A DNA stretch of 64,000 nucleotides from Trueperaceae bacterium (lineage in GTDB: Bacteria; Deinococcota; Deinococci; Deinococcales; Trueperaceae), in the NCBI GenBank assembly GCA_965215565.1, contig CBDCDZ010000004.1, positions 1,568,001 through 1,632,000 on the forward strand. The letters are read 5' to 3'. Shown piece after piece: positions 7,602-16,534 of this stretch (positions within the stretch are counted from its first letter, which is position 1; the number at the start of each line of letters is the position of its first letter). The notes under the pieces are model-generated. The model was given only the letters and a program-made list of their open reading frames with translations, was not told where the DNA came from and ran no database searches. A program made the translations under genes and the position numbers.

Positions 7602-10019
7602 ATGTGGCTCTCAAAAAGGTTGGCGCAACTTAAAGGTGCACGCATCGTTACCTTACCGCATCGCCCCGACTTGGGCGTGCAACGTCTCCTTAATGCGTTC
7701 AAGACAGAAGCGAAACCGCTCATGGTCATGGAGCTTGACGAAGCCGACGCTTGTGACGCGCAGGCGCAAGCGCTTAAATTCTCCGACGCGGTGACGAGCG
7801 CACTAGGTGTAACGCTCGTCGCGCCGGGGCTACCCGTCGTCGCCGGTCTCAGAATTTTGGCGGCGTTCGAGGAGATTCACGGCAGACCCACCTATCTACT
7901 TTTCGGCGCTGAGCACGCGCCAGAGCTTGTCGACTTGCTCAGGGGTTCAGACGCCGAGCGCCTCATTCTCGTTTCCAAAACGCCGCTCGAGGTTCCCAAA
8001 GCGGCTCATTTGGACGAAGCTGCGCTCAAGCTCACCGAAGAGGAAGCGTGCGCGCTCGCAGGTGGAATGCTCAGCCGCGAAGAGGTCAGCGTTTTACTTC
8101 AAGAGGCGAACTACGCTTACGAAACCTTTAACCTGGCGCTGCACGATAAAGTAGGGCTGCCTTCACCCCTCATGCCCACCCTATGGGGACCGCAACTCCC
8201 CCCCGGCACGGAGATCGCAGTGTCGCCGGACGAGTTATTAGAAGTGCTCGTCGAGCGTGAGGAGTGGGGACGTGCCCTCGCGCTCGTGGTGCGGCATTTG
8301 CCCGAACGAGCCTCCACCATCCTCTCAGAAGCCGGTCCTCACTTCATCAATCAAGGCTTACACGGACGGCTCTGGCACTATTTGGACCTTCTACCCGCTG
8401 AGTATGAAGACGACACCGTGCTCTTTTGGAAACTCTCTGCGGGCATTCGGCTCAACCGCTACGAGGAGCTTGGGGAGCGCATCCAGGCTCATCTTCAGCG
8501 CCACGAAGCGCCCGAGTTGAGGGCGCTCTACGCGGGCATCTTCCTCACGCATGAAGAAGCGTACGCCGAAGTGCAGCGGGCTGCGCTTTTAGAAACGCCC
8601 TTTACGTTACACATGCAGGGATTTTTTGAAGATGATATCGCAAAGGGCATAAGCTTCCTCAAACGGGCGGTGCGACTTGCCGAGCGTAAAGGGCGAACTG
8701 ATGACGCTGTGCGCAGCGCAGGAACACTCTCTTTACGACTGATGGACGCCGGTTGTTACCGTGAAGCGCTGCACTGGAGCGGTTGGAGTTTAGACCTCTT
8801 CGAGAAGAGCGGCATGAAAGACCTTTCGCGCAAACTCCTGCTCATCAACGACTATGCGTTCGCACGTGTTCTTACAGGTGAAGTGAGCGGGCTAGGTAGT
8901 CTATTAAGCGAGAGCGAGCGCGCTATTGCGGGCATCTTTGATATTTGTGCGGAATTTCTCAGGGAGACTTTAGGTGATTATTATGTCGCCACTGGAGAGG
9001 TCGCAAAAGCTTTGCCCCTCTACCGTCTCATCTACGAAAATGCGTCTCGCGAGGAACTAGGTAGGGGCGGACTCTCTCTCGTCAAAGCGCTGCTGGACCT
9101 AGCGAAGTACGACGAAGCGGCCAGAATAGCAGAACGTATGTATCATCTAACTGAAGACTTAGCACCTATTTATCATCAGCCAGCCGTGCTCGCGCAAGGG
9201 ATGGTTTTATGTTTTACGCATCCGCACAAGAGTAGCAAGATTTTAGGGGAGCTTTTAGAAAATGTTCAACTTCCCGCCTATCTAGAAGCTCGCGCGAGGC
9301 TCTACAGAGCCTACGCGCTTATGGAACTTAACGACGAAGCGTCGGCGCGTACTCAGCTTATGCACGCTTCGCTGAGCGACTTAGCCGAAAGTGGTCTCAG
9401 GTTTTTGTCCGGCCCTGAAGAGCATTTTCGTAACCTCTGGGACACCGTCTTAGGTGAGGTTACTCTGGAGCTTCGCTTTTTGGGGCACCGCGACGTTTGG
9501 CTAGAGGGGAAGCGGCTCGACTTACCTCTCCAGTCGCTCGAGCTTCTAGCTATCTTGGCGCAGTATCCGATGGGCATCAGCTCGGAAAAGCTCGCGCTCG
9601 AGCTTTACGGCGAACGGGGAAACACGAACGCACTATACGTCGCGATCAAAAAGCTGCGTGGGTGGATTCCTGTATCGAACCCACCCTACAGACTCGAGTA
9701 TGAAGTCCGCGCCGACTTTCTCGAGTTTGAAAGGTTCTCGCTTAGTGGAAAGCTCAAGGAGGCAATGACGCTTTATAGAGGCCCACTTTTAGAGGAGGCG
9801 CAAGCTCCCGCAATTGAACATTTACGCGAACATCTCGACGCACAGATATACGAAGCTATGCTCGTTTCGAATGATGTGGATGCGCTGAGCGCTTACAGCG
9901 AGTACGTTGATGACGATCTTGCTGTCTGGGAACGTCTCTTAGAAGTTCTTCCCGCTGGAGACCCACGTACACTTCCAGCGCGCACTAAAGTCAAAGCACT
10001 AGCTCTCGAGTACAGCTAG
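7602..10019 (+). CDS. Large transcriptional regulator: degenerate N-terminal domain, TPR-like helical core, C-terminal OmpR/SARP-type winged helix and BTAD-like segment
   Basis: C-terminal LELRFLG...LELLAILA...SSEKLALELYG...NALYVAIKKLR...AMTLYRGPLLE; Ala/Leu-rich helical repeats; ATG 7 nt after TATAGT (leaderless-type start). Confidence 0.75.
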   Translation: MWLSKRLAQLKGARIVTLPHRPDLGVQRLLNAFKTEAKPLMVMELDEADACDAQAQALKFSDAVTSALGVTLVAPGLPVVAGLRILAAFEEIHGRPTYLLFGAEHAPELVDLLRGSDAERLILVSKTPLEVPKAAHLDEAALKLTEEEACALAGGMLSREEVSVLLQEANYAYETFNLALHDKVGLPSPLMPTLWGPQLPPGTEIAVSPDELLEVLVEREEWGRALALVVRHLPERASTILSEAGPHFINQGLHGRLWHYLDLLPAEYEDDTVLFWKLSAGIRLNRYEELGERIQAHLQRHEAPELRALYAGIFLTHEEAYAEVQRAALLETPFTLHMQGFFEDDIAKGISFLKRAVRLAERKGRTDDAVRSAGTLSLRLMDAGCYREALHWSGWSLDLFEKSGMKDLSRKLLLINDYAFARVLTGEVSGLGSLLSESERAIAGIFDICAEFLRETLGDYYVATGEVAKALPLYRLIYENASREELGRGGLSLVKALLDLAKYDEAARIAERMYHLTEDLAPIYHQPAVLAQGMVLCFTHPHKSSKILGELLENVQLPAYLEARARLYRAYALMELNDEASARTQLMHASLSDLAESGLRFLSGPEEHFRNLWDTVLGEVTLELRFLGHRDVWLEGKRLDLPLQSLELLAILAQYPMGISSEKLALELYGERGNTNALYVAIKKLRGWIPVSNPPYRLEYEVRADFLEFERFSLSGKLKEAMTLYRGPLLEEAQAPAIEHLREHLDAQIYEAMLVSNDVDALSAYSEYVDDDLAVWERLLEVLPAGDPRTLPARTKVKALALEYS

Positions 10020-10035
10020 ATATACAGCACACATT

Positions 10036-10069
10036 AAAAAAGGACTCGGTTTTACATGACCGAGCCCTT
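10036..10069 (-). terminator. Terminator hairpin between the regulator and the convergent peptide gene
   Basis: AAGGACTCGGT...ACCGAGCCCTT stem; the A run on the left is a U tail for the minus-strand transcript. Confidence 0.65.
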
Positions 10070-10081
10070 CGCAAAAACAGT

Positions 10082-10198
10082 TTATCGGCTTGTCGTTTGG
10101 TTTGTACCCGTACTAAAAGCTACTCTACCTGGTCCTGCCAGCGCAACACTGCTAAAAAATAACCCTATCGTCACTGTAGCCACTAAAACTTTACGCAT
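10082..10198 (-). CDS. Small secreted peptide precursor, 38 aa (MRKVLVATVTIGLFFSSVALA-GPGRVAFSTGTNQTTSR); absent from the ORF track
   Basis: GGAGG RBS 5 nt before ATG; basic n-region, hydrophobic h-region and ALA signal peptidase I site; own terminator downstream. Confidence 0.75.
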   Translation of the reverse strand: MRKVLVATVTIGLFFSSVALAGPGRVAFSTGTNQTTSR

Positions 10199-10284
10199 GA
10201 CATCCTCCCAGATGTGAACTCTGTTTCCGACCTCTTCGGAAAGCTTTCTTAAAATCTAGTTTAATGAAGAGGTCTTAATTCAAC

Positions 10285-10372
10285 CTTAGCGAAGCTGCTA
10301 AGGCGTTACTAAGACAGAAACGTACCTGGAGGTCCTCGAGCTTAGCCGCACGACTAAGCTACTGCTAAGACA
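10285..10372. promoter_or_regulatory. Duplicated operator-like motif CTTAGC-N6-RCTAAG-N6-CTAAGACA
   Basis: Copies at 10285-10316 and 10341-10372 (56 bp apart) between the divergent small ORFs; the second lies upstream of a TATACT -10 at 10391. Confidence 0.6.
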
Positions 10373-10414
10373 CCGCAAAGTGGGTACTCCTATACTTGAT
10401 AACAGGAGGACGTT

Positions 10415-10582
10415 ATGAACCAAAACAAGGTTTATCTGGATGAATTTCCCGTCAACGAAGAGGGTCTTTTACTCGTCAACGATTTAGCTCTTATCGAAGC
10501 GCTGCGCCGCCGCGCTGAGCGCCAGAAAGCGGTTAGGAAGACGCAAACCGACGAAAACACGCTGAGCACCAAACCGTCCTAA
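10415..10582 (+). CDS. Small hypothetical protein, 55 aa (MNQNKVYLDEFPVNEEGLLLVNDLALIEALRRRAERQK...); absent from the ORF track
   Basis: AGGAGG RBS and TATACT -10 directly upstream; open frame to TAA 10582. Confidence 0.65.
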   Translation: MNQNKVYLDEFPVNEEGLLLVNDLALIEALRRRAERQKAVRKTQTDENTLSTKPS

Positions 10583-10804
10583 GCTCACCCAACCCTAAGC
10601 TCACCTAAGTAGCCCGGCGAAGCGCGATTTTCTTTTGCGCTATCTTGCTGACAACATATTGAAGTAGCCGTTTCACAACGTACCGAGACAGAGCGTCGCT
10701 TTTTGAAAGCCGACGAAGACGAACGTTTTGCCTTCCCTTCGGGAAACTTCGCAAACGAAGGAACCTGCTATGGCCACGCTGACGGTACGAGGGTAAGGCG
10801 CGAT

Positions 10805-11146
10805 TTACGGCGGAGGGTCTAAATCATGATCGCTTGACCTATCATCCGTGGCGTCCTCGTCGGGCGCGAGCACGTAGTAAGCGATGTTGACCGAGAGCAA
10901 GATGAAGGAGAAGAGCCAGAGCGTCGTCGCGACGACGGCGACAACGGTGAGCATCGGCGAGAGCGCCATCTCGCTAGAGAGCCCCGCGACGAACACCGTG
11001 ACGATGCCAGCTAATGCGCCCACGTGAATGACGCTAAGCCCGACAACGACAGCGCGTTTTTCTTTTTTGTCCTCGCCAAGCTCGAGCATCCCCACAGCGC
11101 AACCCTCCACGTCCAGTTTAACCTCTCTTTTTTCGTCTGAATGCAT
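10805..11146 (-). CDS. Hypothetical two-TM membrane protein
   Basis: Two hydrophobic segments; GGAG upstream. Confidence 0.55.
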   Translation of the reverse strand: MHSDEKREVKLDVEGCAVGMLELGEDKKEKRAVVVGLSVIHVGALAGIVTVFVAGLSSEMALSPMLTVVAVVATTLWLFSFILLSVNIAYYVLAPDEDATDDRSSDHDLDPPP

Positions 11147-11244
11147 ATGCGCTCCGGTGTCGAAACGTCATGCCAGAGCGCGTCTCGAGCTGCGAAACGC
11201 GCGGTCAATTTCCAGCACGTTCGCGCGCGTGCTACCATCTAGCT

Positions 11245-12300
11245 ATGAAACGCACGACGCTCTACGACGAACACGTGAAACACGGCGCGCGCATGGTGGA
11301 TTTCGCGGGCTGGGAAATGCCTATCCAGTACCTTACGGGCATCAACCAGGAGCACCTCGCCGTGCGCGAAAGCGTCGGGCTCTTCGACGTGAGCCACATG
11401 GGGGAGGTCCGCATCACGGGTGAGGAAGCCACCGATTTTTTGAGCTACGCGACGCTCAATAATCCCGCCAAGCTCCGCCCAGGTAGGGCGCAGTACTCGA
11501 TGCTCCCCAACGACCAGGGCGGCTTAATCGACGACCTCTACATCTACTGCGAAGGCGAAAGCGAATACCTCGTCGTCTGCAACGCCTCGAACGTGGACGA
11601 GGTCGTACCTCATTTAGAGCAACTTGCTGGAGACTACAACGTAAAGGTCCATAACGAGTCCGAGCGCTGGGGGCTCATGGCGCTGCAAGGTCCGGGCGCG
11701 GCGCTCCTGATGAGCCGCTTGACCGATGAAGACATCACGAGCTTCAAAAAGAACCGCACGCTCAAGACGACGTTGGTGGGTAGAGAGGTCATGCTCGCCC
11801 GCACGGGCTACACGGGCGAGGACGGCTTCGAGATTTTCTGCGAAGCGCAGGATGCGCCGCAGGTGTGGCGGACGCTTACGGACGCAGGCGCGACGCCTTG
11901 CGGGTTGGGCGCGCGCGACACGCTGAGGCTCGAGGCGGGCTTCCCTCTGTTCGGTCACGAGTTTACCGGGTCCACCAACCCGCTCTGCTCCTCTTACGCC
12001 TGGGTGGTCAAAGACAAGCCTTTCTATGGGCGCGAGGCGATGTGGGACCCTGACTGCAAGCGCCAGCTCGTCGGGCTGCGGCTCTTGCAGCGCGGCGTGG
12101 CGCGCCAGGGTTATCACGTGCTTCATGAGGGAGAGATTGTCGGCGAGGTCACGTCGGGCACGATCTCGCCGCTGACCCGCGAGGGCATCGCGGTGGCGTG
12201 GGTGGACGCTGAGCACTGCGAACTCGGCACCACGCTAGCGGTTGAAGTGCGCGGTCAAGGCGTGGACGCTACTGTGGTGAAACCTGCGTTCTACCCCTAG
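11245..12300 (+). CDS. gcvT: Glycine cleavage system aminomethyltransferase
   Basis: MKRTTLY, FAGWEMPIQY, GLFDVSHMG, RTGYTGEDGFE, GLGARDTLRLEAG; start reassigned to ATG 11245. Confidence 0.97.
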   Translation: MKRTTLYDEHVKHGARMVDFAGWEMPIQYLTGINQEHLAVRESVGLFDVSHMGEVRITGEEATDFLSYATLNNPAKLRPGRAQYSMLPNDQGGLIDDLYIYCEGESEYLVVCNASNVDEVVPHLEQLAGDYNVKVHNESERWGLMALQGPGAALLMSRLTDEDITSFKKNRTLKTTLVGREVMLARTGYTGEDGFEIFCEAQDAPQVWRTLTDAGATPCGLGARDTLRLEAGFPLFGHEFTGSTNPLCSSYAWVVKDKPFYGREAMWDPDCKRQLVGLRLLQRGVARQGYHVLHEGEIVGEVTSGTISPLTREGIAVAWVDAEHCELGTTLAVEVRGQGVDATVVKPAFYP

Positions 12301-12491
12301 CCTCTGGACCTCGCACGCGACGGTTCAGTGAAGCGCGAAAATCCACAAACACGCCTTTTGTTACTGCGTATTCACCGATTAAGCATTAGAATTAGGTGTA
12401 TTGATTTTTCTTGTGGAAGCCGCCTCAGGCTTTATGTTCAATATTCACAGTCTCAAAGTACGTATCGGCGCGAGCAAGCGAAGGAGTCAGC

Positions 12492-12872
12492 ATGGAAACC
12501 CCGAAAACTTTGAAGTATAGCGCGACGCACGAGTGGTCCAAGGTGGAGGGTGACACCGTCACGGTGGGCATCACCGACTTCGCGCAAGACCAGCTAGGTG
12601 ATGTGGTGTTCGTGGAGTTGCCCGAGACGGGTAAAACCTTTAGCGCGGGCGACGCGGCAGCCGTCGTCGAGTCGGTCAAGACCGCCTCGGACATTTACGC
12701 GCCCGTCTCCGGCGAGGTGATCGAGGTCAACGAGGGGCTCGAGGATGCCCCCGAAAAGCTCAACGAATCGCCCTACGAAGGCGGCTGGCTCTTCAAACTG
12801 CGCATGTCGGACGAGAGCGAGACCGAGAGTCTGTTAAGCGCCGAAGACTACGAAGCGAAAGCGGAGGAGTAG
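12492..12872 (+). CDS. gcvH: Glycine cleavage system H protein
   Basis: [28 protein letters not shown] lipoyl-Lys motif; AAGGAG RBS before ATG 12492. Confidence 0.97.
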   Translation: METPKTLKYSATHEWSKVEGDTVTVGITDFAQDQLGDVVFVELPETGKTFSAGDAAAVVESVKTASDIYAPVSGEVIEVNEGLEDAPEKLNESPYEGGWLFKLRMSDESETESLLSAEDYEAKAEE

Positions 12873-12873
12873 C

Positions 12874-14217
12874 GTGAATTATATCCCCCATACGCAAGAG
12901 GACGTCGAACGCGCTCTGCAAGTCATCGGCGTGGCAAGCGTAGACGACCTCTTCGCCGACATCCCCGCAGAACTCCAAAACCCCGATATCAACTTGCCTA
13001 CAGGTTTGGACGAGGTTTCACTGCTGCGCCACCTGAGCAACCTTGCCGCTAAAAATAAGACGGACGGACCCACCTTCTTAGGCGGCGGTCCCCAGGCGCA
13101 CTTCATCCCCTCGGTTACGCCGCACCTCGCCATGCAGAGCGAGTTTGTCACCTCATACACGCCCTACCAGGCGGAGGTGGCGCAGGGGCTCTTGCAAGCC
13201 ACCTTCGAATATCAGACGATGATGAGCGAACTCACGGGCTTGCCGATTTCCAACGCCTCGATGTACGACGGGTCATCGACCGTGGCAGAGGCAGCGCTTT
13301 TAGCAGTGCGGCAAACCAAGCGCGAAAAGGTTGTGGTGAGTCAAGGCGTACACCCTGAGTCCAGAGAAGTGCTCGCGACTTACCTGAAGCCTTTAGGCAT
13401 TGAAATCGAGGAGGTCGCGCTAGACGACCTCGTCACACCGGGCGTCCAAGTCGCGGAGGACGCCGCTTGTCTTATCGCACAAAACCCGAACTTCTTGGGC
13501 TATTTAGAAGCGATGCCCGCCCTCGCTGAAAAGGCCCACGCCGCAGGCGCACTCTTCATCGCCGTGTGTGACCCGCTCTCTCTGGCAGTGCTCAAAGCGC
13601 CGGGCGAGTACGGCGCGGACATGGCGGTGGGCGACGGGCAGACCCTCGGCAACCCGGTCAATTTTGGCGGACCGAACTTCGGCTATATGGTGGTGACGGA
13701 AAAACTGCTGCGCCAGATGCCAGGGCGCTTGGTTGGGCAAACCACGGATGTCGACGGCAAACGCGCCTTCGTACTGACCTTGCAAGCACGCGAGCAACAC
13801 ATCCGCCGCTCGAAAGCGAAGTCGAATATCTGCTCGAACCATCAACTCGCGGCGCTCATGGCGGCGGTGAATATGGCAGCGCTCGGTCCGCAAGGGCTTA
13901 CCGAAGTGGCAACGAAGAGCGTTCAGAACGCGCACGCCTTAGCGGACAAGCTCGCGGAAGTTGGGGTAGAGGTTCTTCCCGGCACCTTCTTCAACGAATT
14001 TGCGGTGCGCTCTCCCCTACCCGCTGCCGAACTCCGCCACCAACTCGCCCAAAGAGGTATCCACGCAGGCGTGCCCGTACCAGAGCATTACGGTTTGGGA
14101 AATGCGGTGCTCTTCTCGGCGACGGAGTTGACCCAGACCGAAGATATAGACGCCCTCATGAACGCTTTACAAACTGTTCTCAAAGATACCCGCCCGCTGG
14201 AGGCCGCCCATGATTAA
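12874..14217 (+). CDS. gcvPA: Glycine dehydrogenase subunit 1
   Basis: YTPYQAEVAQG, NASMYDG, TLQAREQHIRRSKAKSNICSN. Confidence 0.96.
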   Translation: MNYIPHTQEDVERALQVIGVASVDDLFADIPAELQNPDINLPTGLDEVSLLRHLSNLAAKNKTDGPTFLGGGPQAHFIPSVTPHLAMQSEFVTSYTPYQAEVAQGLLQATFEYQTMMSELTGLPISNASMYDGSSTVAEAALLAVRQTKREKVVVSQGVHPESREVLATYLKPLGIEIEEVALDDLVTPGVQVAEDAACLIAQNPNFLGYLEAMPALAEKAHAAGALFIAVCDPLSLAVLKAPGEYGADMAVGDGQTLGNPVNFGGPNFGYMVVTEKLLRQMPGRLVGQTTDVDGKRAFVLTLQAREQHIRRSKAKSNICSNHQLAALMAAVNMAALGPQGLTEVATKSVQNAHALADKLAEVGVEVLPGTFFNEFAVRSPLPAAELRHQLAQRGIHAGVPVPEHYGLGNAVLFSATELTQTEDIDALMNALQTVLKDTRPLEAAHD

Positions 14218-15685
14218 AGAACGCCCCGCCCCACCTGCCCTTCAGACAGGCGGCGACTTCCCCCTCATCTTCGAACGCTCCAAAGAGGGACGCCGCGCCG
14301 CGCGTCCGCCTGAGCCCGAGGGAGCAACCCTGACGGACCTCATCGGCAGCGAGCACCTACGAGACGCACCGCCTAAGCTCCCCGAAGTCTCCGAGTTGGA
14401 CCTCGTGCGGCACTACACCCAACTCGCGCACCGCCAATTCTCGATTGACGGCAACGTCTACCCGCTCGGCTCCTGTACGATGAAGTACAACCCCAAAGTC
14501 AATGAGGAGACCGCGAAGCTCTTTTCTGAACTGCACCCTTACGCGGACCCCGACTCGGTGCAGGGCGCATTGGAACTGCTCTACAACTTGCAGAATGACC
14601 TCTCGAGCATCACCGGCATGGACGCCATCTCGCTGCAACCCGCCGCCGGAGCGCACGGCGAACTCACGGGTATCCTCATCATCCGCGCCTACCACGAGGC
14701 GAACGGCGAAGGCGAACAGCGCCGCACCGTTATCGTCCCGGACGGCGCACACGGCACGAACCCCGCTACTGCCAAGATGGTGGGCTACGACGTCGTAGAG
14801 GTGCCCACAGGCGAAGACGGCGAGGTGGACTTAGCTGCGTTCAAAGAGGCGCTCGGTCCCGACACCGCCGCCGTGATGCTCACCAACCCCAATACCTTGG
14901 GGCTCTTCGAGACGAACATCTTAGAAATCAGCCGCGCCGCGCACGAAGCGGGCGCACAGCTCTACTACGACGGCGCGAACACGAACGCGATTGTGGGACG
15001 CGCGCGCCCCGGCGACATGGGCTTCGACGTGGTACACCTCAATCTGCACAAGACCTTTACGACGCCGCACGGCGGCGGTGGTCCCGGCACGGGTCCGGTG
15101 GGCGTGAAGGCGCACCTGCGCGACTTCTTGCCTGCGCCGCTCATTAAAAAAGAAGGTGAACGGTTTGACTTCGAGTACGACCTGCCCCAGTCCATTGGGC
15201 GGATGCGTTCGTTCTATGGCAACTTCGGCAACTTGGTGCGGGCGTACACCTACATCCGGGCACTCGGCAAAGAGGGCTTGGAGCAGGTCTCGGGCATGGC
15301 AGTCTTAAACGCCAACTACCTCCGCGTCAAGATGCAAAAGGCGGGCTTTAAGACCGCCTTCGAGCGCATCAATATGCACGAGTTCGTGTCGCAGCCGCCC
15401 GGCGAGTTGAAGACGATGGATATTGCCAAAGCGCTCTTAGATTACGGCGTGCACCCGATGACGGTGTACTTCCCGCTGGTGGTCAAAGAGGCGATGATGG
15501 TGGAGCCCACCGAGACGGAGTCGTTGGAGACGCTCGACGCTTACGCGGACATCCTAGCCGAAGTTTTAGGGCGCGCCGAGGAAGACCCCGAGTTTTTAGA
15601 GCACGCGCCCTACCACACGCCCGTACGTAGGCTCGATGAGGTCACGGCGGCGCGCAAACCCGTGTTGCGGCACACGTTTGAGTAG
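14210..15685 (+). CDS. gcvPB: Glycine dehydrogenase subunit 2
   Basis: PLGSCTMKYNP, QPAAGAHGE, HLNLHKTFTTPHGGGGPG (PLP lysine). Confidence 0.96.
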   Translation: MIKERPAPPALQTGGDFPLIFERSKEGRRAARPPEPEGATLTDLIGSEHLRDAPPKLPEVSELDLVRHYTQLAHRQFSIDGNVYPLGSCTMKYNPKVNEETAKLFSELHPYADPDSVQGALELLYNLQNDLSSITGMDAISLQPAAGAHGELTGILIIRAYHEANGEGEQRRTVIVPDGAHGTNPATAKMVGYDVVEVPTGEDGEVDLAAFKEALGPDTAAVMLTNPNTLGLFETNILEISRAAHEAGAQLYYDGANTNAIVGRARPGDMGFDVVHLNLHKTFTTPHGGGGPGTGPVGVKAHLRDFLPAPLIKKEGERFDFEYDLPQSIGRMRSFYGNFGNLVRAYTYIRALGKEGLEQVSGMAVLNANYLRVKMQKAGFKTAFERINMHEFVSQPPGELKTMDIAKALLDYGVHPMTVYFPLVVKEAMMVEPTETESLETLDAYADILAEVLGRAEEDPEFLEHAPYHTPVRRLDEVTAARKPVLRHTFE

Positions 15686-16476
15686 TGCTACCTCTTATCG
15701 TAGCAGTCATGTTTAACGCATGGCTGCTTCCTTTTGAAAATAGATTCGTCTACGTTCCGACGCGCACGCTCACCAAAACGCCGGCAGATTATAACTTGCC
15801 CTTCGAACGCTTGGAGCTGACGACCGCTGACAACACCCGAATCATGGCGTGGGCGCTGCCTCAAGAGAATGAGAACGCCCCTTGGCTCGTGTATTTTCAC
15901 GGCAACGGCGAGAACGTCTCCTCGTATCTGTCCTTTACCTCGCAGATTTACGCGATGGGCGTCAACGTGCTCATGCCCGAGTACCGGGGCTACGGCGAGA
16001 GCGGGGGGCAGCCGAGCGAGGCGGGGCTCTACGAGGACGCGGACGCGAGCTACCACTATCTTATTGATAAAGGCGTGGCACCAGAAAATATCATTCTCTA
16101 CGGCTTCTCACTGGGCTCCGGCGTTGCAACGGACCTTGCGAGTCGCCAAGAGGTGGGCGGGCTCATCCTCGAGGCTGCCTTCACCTCCCTCTTAGACGCC
16201 GCCCGAGCGATTTACCGCTTCGTACCGAACGGCATCATGAGCAACCGCTTCGACTCGTTGGAGAAGATAAGCGATGTAGACGCGCCCACACTCTTTCTGC
16301 ACTCACGCGGCGACTTCACCATCCCCTTCTCGCAAGGGCGCACGCTCTTTGAGGCGGCGAACGAGCCCAAGTTTTTTACTGAGATTCAAGGTGGACATAT
16401 TGCAATGGTGGATGGGACGGTGGACCCGAAAGGGCTCGAGGCGATCGAGGAGTTTTTAGGGCAGTACACGAAGTAG
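15685..16476 (+). CDS. Alpha/beta hydrolase (ABHD13/17-like)
   Basis: FHGNGEN, YRGYGES, GFSLG nucleophile motif, later Asp and His. Confidence 0.88.
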   Translation: MLPLIVAVMFNAWLLPFENRFVYVPTRTLTKTPADYNLPFERLELTTADNTRIMAWALPQENENAPWLVYFHGNGENVSSYLSFTSQIYAMGVNVLMPEYRGYGESGGQPSEAGLYEDADASYHYLIDKGVAPENIILYGFSLGSGVATDLASRQEVGGLILEAAFTSLLDAARAIYRFVPNGIMSNRFDSLEKISDVDAPTLFLHSRGDFTIPFSQGRTLFEAANEPKFFTEIQGGHIAMVDGTVDPKGLEAIEEFLGQYTK

Positions 16477-16534
16477 AGAAGAGTGCAAAAGAGCTGTAGA
16501 GGTAGTTCACCTCTGCCTTACTCCAAACCCTGTC

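Noticed and set aside
12301..12491. Possible glycine riboswitch in the gcvT-gcvH gap (CTCAGG and CGAAGGAG words)
   Set aside because: The words are in the wrong order, CGAAGGAG is the gcvH RBS, and no tandem aptamer stems are visible
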